Source: Andalucia godoyi And28
Lineage: Eukaryota; Protista; Jakobida
Reading direction: 5' to 3'
Length of the DNA stretch: 44,954 bases
NCBI GenBank assembly: GCA_009859145.1
Contig: VRVR01000063.1
Location: 15,283-60,236 of the forward strand
Numbering within the stretch: position 1 is the stretch's first letter; each line of letters starts with the position of its first letter. Below, piece after piece: positions 1 to 10,094 of the stretch. Below the pieces are notes generated by a model. The model worked only from the letters and a program-made list of their open reading frames with translations. It was not told where the DNA came from and made no database searches. The translations under genes were made by a program, and so were the position numbers.

Positions 1-944
1 TCCCTGACTTCCGTCGACATTATGCAGGTTGAGGATCCCGTATCGAGCAGTGCACGGAATGTTTTCGCACCCAAAAGGCCACGCAGAGTGACGTTGACCC
101 GCGGGACTTGGTCGTCAGAGCCAGGATCATTCTCGACAGCACGTTTCGCATGACCAGCTGAATCGGACGGAATCACAAGGCTGGTTGTGCGTTCTCCAAA
201 ACGCTGCCAACCAGGAACAGACTTGTGAGGGCAGTCGGGGCGAATGTGCCCCTCTCGTCCGCAGCCATGACATTTCTTCGTTGACGTGCCAGGTTCCGGT
301 TTGATGAAGGGTCTCTGATTCGCAGCTGAATGATGGTGGGGCGGGGCTTTGAACTCGCCAGGCTTGAACGAACGCGGCAGCGGCGAAGTTGCAGGCGGAC
401 CATTGGAGTTGTTGATCAAGCTCGCTTCGGCGCTCACTTTCACGAGTTCCTCGGTTTCCTCAATAGCATAGAGCTTTGCTTCAGAGAGGGAAGACGGGTT
501 TCGAAATTCCACCCTCTCAGCGAGGCGGACGGGACGTAAGTTCGAAATAAAAAGTTTGCGCAGAGGTTTGCAAGAATCGACATCAAGCGAACTCGCACAC
601 AGGGATTCCTCGGTCTCGTACTGAAGAATGTACGACAGGACTGCGTCGACAGAAGGGAAACGAGTCGACATGACGACTTTCTTGAAGCGGTCAAAGGCTT
701 CCAACTCCGACTTTGGAGCGAAGAATGCAGAGACGGCTTTGATGAATTCGACGTCCGTAGCCATGGCAACATCTGGGTTTCGGATGTTGACCAGTCTCAG
801 GACTGTTGAGGAGAGTAGCTCTCTGACTGAACGCTTTCCACCACGACTGGTGTACGCCTCGAAGTCAAGAAGAAACTTGGACCATGTCGGAGATGACAAC
901 TTATCCAAGAAGGGGACTGATGCTAGATCAGCGGTGCTTGTCAT
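1..944 (-). CDS. gag-pol: Gag-protease N-terminus of an LTR retrotransposon polyprotein (Ty3/Gypsy-like), running off the left edge
   Basis: Manual translation from ATG 944 is stop-free to position 1, so it is absent from the ORF track. It reads MTSTADLASVPFLDKLSSPTWSKF..., with a CX2CX4HX4C zinc knuckle (CHGCGREGHIRPDC) and an in-frame aspartic protease motif (ALLDTGSS). Confidence 0.92.
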   Translation of the reverse strand, partial: MTSTADLASVPFLDKLSSPTWSKFLLDFEAYTSRGGKRSVRELLSSTVLRLVNIRNPDVAMATDVEFIKAVSAFFAPKSELEAFDRFKKVVMSTRFPSVDAVLSYILQYETEESLCASSLDVDSCKPLRKLFISNLRPVRLAERVEFRNPSSLSEAKLYAIEETEELVKVSAEASLINNSNGPPATSPLPRSFKPGEFKAPPHHHSAANQRPFIKPEPGTSTKKCHGCGREGHIRPDCPHKSVPGWQRFGERTTSLVIPSDSAGHAKRAVENDPGSDDQVPRVNVTLRGLLGAKTFRALLDTGSSTCIMSTEVR

Positions 945-956
945 GAGTATTAATAC

Positions 957-1201
957 TGTGTTGACGGTATAAAATAAAACTAAATATAATAAACAAAGGT
1001 TTATTATACGCACAACGAAAAGAAAACAAAACACAAGAAACGAAGGCAAACAAACAAACAAACAAACAAAGAGAGAGAAAGAAAGAAATGAAGAAGAGGA
1101 AAGAAATGCAGGAGCGAATCTGTGTGTGAACAGGTACAGCCGTTGTCCACAACACCTCGATGACTGCGGGTCGATTCTTTGATTCAACTTCCGCACTCAC
1201 A
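957..1201 (-). mobile_element. Candidate LTR (~245 bp) upstream of gag
   Basis: On the minus strand it starts TGTG directly after a polypurine tract and ends CACA 12 nt before the gag ATG. It contains pyrimidine-rich simple repeats and a 10-bp-stem hairpin (985-1008). An alternative TGTTG...CAACA boundary pair lies at 1154/959. The partner LTR is outside the window. Confidence 0.5.
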
Positions 1202-1213
1202 TCCCCCTCCTCT
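1202..1213 (-). promoter_or_regulatory. Candidate polypurine tract (AGAGGAGGGGGA)
   Basis: A 12-nt pure purine run on the minus strand immediately followed by TG, the usual PPT-LTR junction. Confidence 0.45.
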
Positions 1214-1431
1214 GAACCAAACAGGTGTCGCGAAAGGGAAACGAGATCGCCAAAAACCACGCGTGATGGGGTCGTACCGATAGAAGAATGGTAAGAGGCG
1301 TTGATGATCCGCTGAACCAAGGGAATAACCTCAGACCATGTAGCGTGCACCCGAAAATCCATAACCAGTGAACGCAGATGGCACATCACCTCCGCATTCA
1401 CTCGTTCTACCGTACCATTCGACTGTGGGCG
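1214..1431 (-). pseudogene. Retroviral-type integrase core fragment
   Basis: RPQSNGTVERVNAEV...WSEVIPLVQRIINASYHSSIGTTPSRVVFG matches the PQSNGxVERxN (catalytic Glu at 1405-1407) and W...L..V....N...H.S.G.TP...FG motifs of Ty3/Gypsy integrases. The N-terminal DD part is absent. Confidence 0.85.
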
Positions 1432-1450
1432 GTTGTTGCAGCTGCTGTAG

Positions 1451-2980
1451 TTGCGCCACCCAAATCTGACCGTTTCAAACAGTGCTTCTGTGTTTTATGT
1501 TCTTATGTTCCTGCTCTTAAGTTTTCTGTTATTCTATTTCGTAAAATTTGGACAAACTCTTTATTTTACACTTTCTATATACGGTGCGCCACACAGAGAG
1601 TATCAGACCAATCTAAAGCAATTTCGATTTGGTCTTTCAAGTGTGAATCAAAAAGGAATCTATACTCAGTCCGATGCACTTTCCGGTGTGGTGTCTGCGT
1701 TTCGTGAACGACCGTGCACATCCTTGACCAGCCCTCTTTGCTATCCTGTGGAGAACGTTCTTGTCAGCGCAGATGAAATGTTCACGAACTTTTATCGGTA
1801 GAATGCGACGACGTACACGGTCGGTTTTAGGACTCCTACGTTTGTGACGCAGATGATCAATTGGGACAGCCGCGTGAGTGCGAATTTGGAATGCGCAGCA
1901 AACAGCCTCCAATCCGAGTATTCACAACGATTCTCGGACATGAACTCCCGGGTGTCGATATACTTTGGAATCATCGTCCCGCTGTCTCTTGTTCTGCTTT
2001 TGATCATGATCCTGTTGTCCAACAAGATCCAGGAAGAGTTCCGCCAGGTGCAGCTCCTGATGTTGATGCTTCCTTACAAATGCGTGCAAGACAATCGAGC
2101 TATACATTCTCTGCTCTCTTCGGGACACGTACAGGCATCGGAGGCCGCTGAAGACGACACGAAGCTCGTAGACATGTCGGAGGCTCTGCCAGACGCTCTG
2201 GTGGAAGTTGACAGATCGGAGAAAATCGTCTTGGTGAACCGAGCGGCTGGGATCATGTTTGGATGTTCGCGAGACGTCTTGATTGGACAGTCCATCCGGG
2301 AACTGTTTACCGAAGCGGACGCGTATAAGGTGGGAGAATTCTGCCGGATGCTGAACGAAGCCGAAGTGTCCGGTCATGCATCGTCCGACATAGTTGCCGA
2401 GAAGTTGATGATGGTCCACACGCAGGATGGAAACGTGGAGACATTTCCCGCACAGATGTGCGCATCCGTGCAGCGTGGCTTCCTGATCTTGGTGATCCAC
2501 GACAGGACACAGAGAGTGGAGCAGGATTCGTTGATCAAAGAGGAGCAGACCCGGTCGGAGAAGCTGCTCAAGAATATCTTTCCTGAAGAAGTAGCATCGC
2601 AGCTCAAGAGCCGCATTCGTCCAGATGGTTCGATCGAAGCTACTCGCCCTATTTCGAAACGCTATCCTCAGGTGTCTGTGCTGTTTACGGACATTGCAGG
2701 CTTCACATCGTCCACAAAGGACGCGAGCCCCGATGAGATGGTGCGCGTTCTCAATGACCTTGTCATCCGGTTCGACCGCATTTGCATTTGATTGCTGGCA
2801 TCGACTGTGAACATTGCGAATAAGATGGAGAGTGCTGGGGTTGTTGGCCGAGTTCAGGTGACGAGAGAAACGCTGGCGCTCATTCACGACAAGTACGCGT
2901 ACGAAGAGCGCGAGAAGATCTTTGTTAAAGGTGTCGGCGAAGTCTCCACTGCTCTCATTATCGGAAGGAAGAGCATCTAA
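1451..2980 (+). pseudogene. 5'-truncated membrane PAS-adenylate cyclase pseudogene (TmcB-like family)
   Basis: It is collinear with the paralog at 4151-9215 (RFG, WD, LxxLP, PAS, LFTDIAGFT, FDCW, VNIANKME). Lesions: in-frame TAG at 1799-1801, a ~79-codon deletion at ~2786 that removes the KTIGD catalytic segment, and a 1-nt frameshift at ~2797. It ends in TAA at 2978-2980. Confidence 0.88.
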
Positions 2981-3061
2981 GAGCAGGGGGGCGGTTAGGG
3001 CAAGAGGAGAAACGAGTTGTCACCATTACTATGAAAGTGAATCCTAAAGGTTCTCGTTTAA

Positions 3062-3379
3062 TCAGATACCCGCGAGTTCCACGAACGGGCTCAAGATGGG
3101 CCGTCGGCACAGCGGACACTCGTGACGGGATCGACCAGGGGCAGGCATTCCCAAGAATGACTCCAGGCACACCCTGCAATAAATATGTCCACAGTTGGTT
3201 AGAACGCAAGGATGATTCCCAATGTATGTATCCGAGCATATTGCACAGTTGAACGATTCTTGTTGCTCGCGCAGCTTGGCTTCAGAAGACGCTAGGGACA
3301 ATTTGGACTTTGCGATCTGCGATTCTTGCAATATGATTTTCTCTTGAAGAACAGAAATGTCTGCTCGAAGACTGCGCAA
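3062..3379 (-). pseudogene. Coiled-coil plus C3HC4 RING-finger protein, 5'-truncated
   Basis: CAIC...CVLTNCGHIYCRVC...CPLC follows a coiled-coil. There is no ATG, and the frame closes at TGA 3389-3391 inside the Fanzor fragment. Confidence 0.8.
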
Positions 3380-4065
3380 GCAGTGGTATCATGGCATCGG
3401 AGCATATGCAGAGCGAAAATGGACCGAGCAGCGCAACGGCCGTGTTCGCGAGATTCTGGATGAGTTGTCGGCGCTGCCGCGGATCAATAAAGATGCCGAC
3501 TGGTTTCCGCATCTTCATTTCTACAGGATGCACATCGATGCGCTGTGGAGTCACTTCACCAACCACCAGATGGCGCGCCGCCGATTCCGCGGTCGTGTCA
3601 AGAAGCAGCAGGCGACGGTCAAGCTGCGGGACCGTCTGGCCACCCGCGACCAGGCGGACAGGTTCATCATCGCGTATGGCGACACGTCGTTTGGCCCCAC
3701 TGGTGCGAGAGGTGGGCATGCGGTTCAGGCATGTCGAGCCGATCGACGAGTACTGCACGACGAAGAAGTGCTGTGCTGGCAGAAACGATCTGGTATCACC
3801 TTTATTTCGGTTCCACCAACACCCGAAGAGACTGCGCATGCGGATGCTCGGGGATCCGGCGCTGCATCGTGAGAGCTTCGTGCCCCGGGGGTTGAGACAC
3901 TGTGCCACAGTGAACTGTCCATCTGACCGCCGGTGCGTTGGCCGCGATGCCAACGCTGCGATGAACATTCGTCAGTGCTGGCTCAGCCGACCGCCGTGCT
4001 TGTGTCGGAATCCACGCGGTATTCCCAGTGTAAGCGAGCTAGAGTCTCGCGTAGGGCGCCCCTGA
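3357..4065 (+). mobile_element. Fanzor1: Fanzor1 (eukaryotic TnpB/Cas12-like) nuclease remnant, C-terminal half, frameshifted
   Basis: Frame A (3357-~3722) reads RKQWYHGIG...RRRFRGRVKKQQATVKL...IIAYGDTSF. Frame B (~3718-4065) reads IDEYCTTKKCC, HCATVNC, RDANAAMNI and RPPCLCR. This matches the Fanzor1 RuvC layout: Gly at the canonical RuvC-II position, alternative Glu in DEY (3748-3750), RuvC-III Asp (3946-3948) and a C-terminal RPxxLxR. The RuvC-I DPG motif is absent. Confidence 0.85.
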
Positions 4066-4148
4066 AGATGGGTGTGAGGACTGCGAAGGATGTGCACTGG
4101 ATATGTCTGGTTCTGCCGGACATTTCATTACCTTTCCCCTAAAGGATG
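4021..4148 (+). ncRNA. Candidate omegaRNA scaffold overlapping the Fanzor 3' end
   Basis: Stems found by eye: 4025-4032/4093-4100, enclosing hairpins 4034-4038/4046-4050 and 4056-4061/4070-4075. These are followed by 4103-4110/4116-4123 and 4131-4135/4141-4145. The position matches TnpB/Fanzor guide scaffolds. Confidence 0.5.
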
Positions 4149-4150
4149 GA

Positions 4151-7100
4151 TTACTTCTTGGCAATGATGAGTGCAGTGGAAACTTCGCCAACACCCTTGA
4201 CAAGCACACGCTCTCTTTCCTCGTACGAGTACATCTCACTGAGCAGAGCAAGAGTTGATTTGCTGACTTGGACACGGCCGCACATTCCGGTGCTTTCCAT
4301 GCGACTTGCAATGTTGACGGCAGGAGACCAGCAATCAAAAGCAAACTTGTCTTCGCCAATGACACCACCGACGACGGGCCCACTGTTGATTCCAACGCGC
4401 ACGTTCCATTCTGCCGCCAACGGAGTTCCGAGAGCAAATTCTCGAATGGACGCAATCATTTCCAATCCGCATTCAACAGCATCAACGGCGTGGCAGTCTG
4501 ACCGACTGCTGTCCAATCCAGCTATGGCAAAAAAGGCATCGCCGATCGTTTTGATTTTCTCGACACGGTGCTTCTTGCAAATGCGATCAAAGCGGACGAC
4601 AAGATGATTCAGAACACTGACCACTTCTTCCGGAGAAGCATTCTTGATGGATTCCGTGAAGTCCGCAATGTCGCTGAACAAGATAGACACTTGTGGATAA
4701 CGCTTTGCAATGAGCGCAGGGGCATTAGCGCCGTCCGTGGCGGTTCTCGACAAAGATGTCGTCTGCGAAGCCGCAATGTTCCTGTTCTTCAGCTGGATGG
4801 CTACTTCTTCCGGCAAAATATGGCGTAACAAACCTTCAGACCGGTTCTGCTCCTCCTTGAGTACAGTATCTTGTCGATGCTCGGCCGTCCGATCCTTGAC
4901 AGCAAAACCAAGTATCCACCTTGTAACGAGAGCGTGAGCTTTGCAGGGAATGGGGTGTCCGCAGCATTTTCATGTCGAAGCATATTCAACTGGACTTCCG
5001 TTCGATCGGAGTTTGCAGCCTTCAGAGCATCGAACACGTGGTCCACAGCGACCTTCTCAGCAGAATTAGAAATTGCAAACAACGTACGTGCGGACCGGCC
5101 AAGCAACTGATCTCTTGGACGACCAAACATCACTTCTGCAGCGCGATTCACAAGTCCACTTCTCCGTTCTTGTCGATTTGCACCACCGCATCTGTCAGTG
5201 CTTCCGACAGATTGAGCGACGTTGCGTCCGTTTCCTCCTCCTTTGCCTGGATAATCTCGCCAGTTGAAAGCAGCACAAACAAGCGACCGTTGGAAAAGAC
5301 AGTCTTCTTAGGCAGCAGCGTCAGCAGCAAAAGCACCTGCCGGTTTTCGTTTTCGATGCGAAGCGATACAAGGATCATGATCAGCAGCATCCCGAAAAGA
5401 ATAACCGGCAAGGAAACAGCAAAGTAAACCGTCACACGAGTCTTGACTGCGTTCAGACTGTTGATCTCGTTCTCTGTCATCTTCTTCGAGGTGCTGACGA
5501 TGTTTTCCGACAACCGTTTGTCCCAGTCAGTCAGCTTGATCAGAGTATTTGCATTTGCGTATGTTGCCAACACCGTGGCAATGGGGAGCCTCCCAAGGTC
5601 AGAAAACCAGTTTGCCTGTGCAATTGCAATTTGCTCCGGGGACATGCAGGCAGTTGCAGTGGACGGAATGCAAGCTGATGCTCGGAACGCGTCTTCCAAG
5701 GACGAGTCTGCCATCTCAAATATACCTATCTGGCTTCGACTCGAAACTCCAAAGCGGTAACGGTCAAGCGCACTCGACAAATCCGATGCATACTGCCCAT
5801 GGCCTGCAATGATTGTCGCCAAAATAGCCGCCGGCAGAGGATAGAACAGAGCGACGCACGCCAAATCCGTCCCAGAAGCGTAAATGCGCCAGAATTCCAT
5901 CGGCGCCAGAATTTCATACCCAATTCCTTTTGTGTTGTTGTACAACACATATTGCTCCAAGGAAAACGCCACAACGAGGAGAAGGAGCACAGAAAGCAAG
6001 AGGACAATGCAAAAGAGCGTCCAGTGAAGTAAGTGCGATTGAAATTCAAAGATGATATACTGAGAATCGTCTTCCATGATCATTGAAGAATCTCTGTCCT
6101 GCGCAAACTGTGTTGCCAGGTTGTGCACAGTCTGCGATGCGTCCGCCTTTGGCAGACTCTCGATAATGTCATACAGACACCGCCTCTCCCTCCTGATTCG
6201 GCGAATGGCGGGCACCAGGAAGCAGATCGGAACAAGGAACAAGAGGAACAAAGACACTCCAAGAATTACGGAGTTTGTGACAATCATTTGCGATCGGAAA
6301 ATGTCGCCGAATCTCGATATGTACTCTTCAACGATTTCCCGATACGCGTTGCCAATCGGAGCAGCATTGAGAACTAGGAAAAGATGCGTACTCGACACCA
6401 CACAGCTCAACAAGGAGTAGGAAGGGAACTGCAAATTGCAAACAACTCGGAGTCTTTGCAATTCAATGACGAGTGAATCCCAAGGTGAAAACGGATTCCG
6501 AAGGAAGTCATCTCCAGTGAGAATCACTGTTTCGTCTTTCCACAATCTCATGAGCGTGGGATTGTCAACAGGTGGATTCTTCACAACCAAATCGTCCAAA
6601 AGCGAGGGTGCGAGGTTCAGAAGATTTGCCTGTAGCGCATAAGCCGTGGCGTAGGAGTTGTTCAAGGCGAAATTCGTTTGCGCGAACATCAGCGTTGACC
6701 TCATACTGAAAGTCTGGCCCATTTGATTCAGCTGACTAGCTTCGTACACCTCCGTTACACTAGTGTCCAACTTGGTAATGAGGCTATAAATCAATCCGAA
6801 TGCAATGGACATGATCACGACCAAAATCAGGACAGTTAGAGACATCGCGGTGATCATCAACCACACGGAGCGCGACTGATCCTTATGCACTTTCTCCCGC
6901 AACGACGCGTCCTTTGTTGATGACGCCGCAGAAGAACCACCATGGGATGAACCTTTCTCTGTTTCTTCTTCCACCTGCTGCGAACCGGAAGGAATGTCCG
7001 AGATAATAGAGAGCTTGCCACCTTCTTGAATGGACGGACAGTCCATTTCCAGTGTTGAGAGACGACGACGGCGATTGGAGCCGGGCTGCAGGGGGAAATT

Positions 7101-9215
7101 ACTTGAGAAGCTGCCCTTTTCGGGAATACCGAGAGAGAGCATGGAATTCGATCCCGCGCTGATGTCCCCGCCTGTGCCACATGTGCTCGCGTGTTCCATT
7201 CGCACTCGCCGAACACCATCCGACCTACCCATTTCAGAAGAGGCTGCATCCATTCTCGAAGAGGGAACGGAAGGGACCAAAAGTGCAGTAGAATACATGC
7301 TGTTCAAATCGCCCCCCTTGCAGCCCGAATCCTTATCCTGCCGTGTGTCGTTTTCACTCTCATATTGTTCAGCCATTTCCAACAATCCCTCGGCTCGGAC
7401 AGAATCGCGAAGGATGTTAAGGGTGAACAATGCATACTCTCGCAAGACAGCAGCAGACCGCGGAAATCGTTCTGTCAGTGTTCTGAGCTGCAATCGCAAC
7501 AGCTCAGTTCGATTGGAGATGACGCTGGAAAGACCGATCATGGATTCTGGAGACACCTTATTTTTCGCAATGTCGCGAAAGAATCGCAACACAAGACTCT
7601 CCAGAATGCGTCTTCCCTTTTGCACAACTTTGAGATGCACAGATATTTCACGTGATTCTTCCGAGAATCCCGAAAGCATGGAAATTCTCAAGTCGTAGCG
7701 CGCAGCGTTGAACAACAAGAGGTGCCACCACTTCGACAGGCCTTGTCGTTCAATGTCTGTCATCACATTGAACAGGGATGATCGTTCATGGGGACAGTAG
7801 TTCATCAAGAACAGTGCATAGTGCAGGAACACAGGAGTGGGATAGGTGGATTGCCTCAGTTCGGCTTGCAGTATGTAGCGGCACATGGCATGAACGTATG
7901 GATCCTCCGCAACAGCAAAGCGGCATGCTCGCTCCAATGTAAAGAAATCGTGGAACTTGAGAGCAAACACGCTGACAGCGGTCGGATTTGTTGCTCCACC
8001 ACTGCCACCTGAGAAATTGCTTGCGTCTGCACCAAGAGATGACTGGGTCGAATCAGCTTCGGAAACGTCATCTTCCGCGCTGACCGAGCTAGAGGCACCT
8101 GCAGACGCCATCTTCTCTTCCTCGGGCAAAACGCGGTTCTTGCGGTAGGAGGACCCCGGATTCTTCAGACTGCAGGATTCCAACAGCGTTCGAATGTACT
8201 AATTGTACGAATTCCAAAAGTATGCTGCACCGGCAGGAAAAATGACGATTGACAGTAAGAATCCAAACGCCCAGCTTGTGCGGCTGCTGGACGTAGAAAA
8301 TGCCGAAAACAGAAATGATGTCAGGGAGATACCCCCTGTTGTCCACAACCCGATTGAGTACAAAAGGTTAGCCTTCAGGTGGAGCATGGGAAGCCGCACA
8401 TGAAACAGCTTCCCGAAATAAAAGCAGACCAGGATTTGGAAGAACGACGGCAGCCATGCGGCGGTATCCTTGGGGTACACCGCACAGAACACGTACAACA
8501 CACAGCAGACCAAGCGAGCGGCACAAAAGCCTCCGACAGAAAAGATGTCGTTGCGCGCAAACGGTGCCGTAGTTTCGTTGAACCGGGTTTGGATGAACAA
8601 AAATGAATGGATGATGTCCGTGGCAGTCAACAGGACAAGTGAGAATGCAGAAAATGTCTGGGTCGCAATGGAGAACGAGGATGACCAGCACTCCGTACCG
8701 ACTGCAAAATCCGGTTGGCAGGTAACAGACCGCAAGAACAACATGTAGCCGGGGATTGCAAATACCGTGTGCATGATCCAGGACACCAGATTCAACCATT
8801 TGAGACCAAACACGAGGGATTCGTGGTTTCGCAGGAGCCCGGCGATGTTCCAAACGTAGAAACCGCAAAGAACAGTCAGGAAGAGGCTGCCGACTAGGGT
8901 CCACAGCAGCTGGAGATTTGCAGTGGGAAGAAGCAAGTCTGGCTACACAACCGAAAACATCACGGACAGAGCAGTGTCTGTCGCGGACCCCGCCAGTGCA
9001 GACGAATTCCACAGAGGCTTCATCGCGAGAATGATGAACTGCACGAGCGACCCGCCAATCAAGACACCAGCGGTTGTCCTCGGATGAAAAGGGAATGCAT
9101 GCTTCCCGATGCGGTGGAATACGGTGGCCGAATTCGTGCTGGGTCCTTCGAGACGGTCGTCTTGCAAATCCGTGCCCTGGAAGTCCGACTCGCCATCAGT
9201 GTTATCGGCATTCAT
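4151..9215 (-). CDS. Multi-pass TmcB-like membrane protein with PAS and class III adenylate cyclase domain (~1688 aa reconstructed; interrupted)
   Basis: ORFs 8943-9215, 8199-8936 and 5148-8183 share one frame and are separated only by TAG (8943-8945, 8199-8201). 1-nt deletions at ~5154 and in the A4 run 4904-4907 join the PAS and cyclase parts. The catalytic set is complete (LFSDIADFT, EKIKTIGDAF, FDCW, VNIASRME) with ATP-type Lys/Asp. It ends in TAA. Confidence 0.85.
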
Positions 9216-10094
9216 CCGGTTCTTCGGTCTGCGAGGGTTGCAGTAGGGAAATGGAGGGGTAAAAATAATAAATTACTGCATCAAATGAAATTCATAAAAT
9301 ATGAGAAGCTCCAACCAGTTACTCCTCGAAAAAATTATCGTTTTGGGAGAAATCTTTGAAAGAAGGAACGCATCCTCTGAAACCAATGATACCTTTGTTT
9401 TCGGTTACTGAGCTGAGCACCTGCAGCAGACTGTGAAGAGCAAGAGCAGGAAGGGCAACGAACGTTTTTTCCACGATTCGAAATTCGCCCTTGTCGGACA
9501 ATCCACACAAAAATGCTGCTCAGATGGGCTGAGTGAAAGGGATTGAACGTTGATTGTTTTGGATCTCGGCAGCTGCGACAAGAACTGGGGGAACTGGTTT
9601 TCGCATTTGGTTCGAATTGCACAAAATTGGGAAGATTACCGCCATGTGTGCCTGCACACCGGCAGCAATCTGACAGTTGGTCAGGGCAGATCGGACAAAA
9701 CAAAAATCTCCTCAGAAGCTCAAGATCCCAGCGCACGGCTTGTGGCCGACTGGAATGCGAGATTTCGGAAGATTGTGTGTACCCGTTGTCACGAAGGCGT
9801 GCAAATGCAGGAACGAAAGACCGGGAAGAATGTGCTTCCATGGTATCACTCTTGACAAGTGAACCTCACAAACACAGAAGTCGGCATTGCCTTTTATGGC
9901 ACGTCGCCGCCCGCTTTGCCCAGACGTCCACAAAAAATAGGAAAGCATGAAGATTCCAGATGCACGACGAGCGGGAAATGTTTCGCAGTTTCAAAATTTA
10001 CCTCTTTCTCGACAATCATAAAAGTTGTCTGCCCTTTGGCAGTTTTTCATTCGTTTCTCAATTTTCTGGAGAGCAGGATTAAATGAATTTCATT

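Noticed and set aside
1798-1830. 33-nt GT...AG mini-intron that would remove TAG 1799
   Set aside because: The unspliced frame aligns gap-free with the paralog (Cys-to-WD spacing of 41 residues in both), so splicing would break collinearity.
1922-2887. Long antisense ORFs (also 10503-11174, 26119-26751, 28988-29389, 32758-33819, 44405-44908)
   Set aside because: They are shadows of real genes on the opposite strand and have no recognisable motifs.
2995-3000. TTAGGG telomeric motif near the Fanzor region
   Set aside because: A single hexamer, expected by chance.
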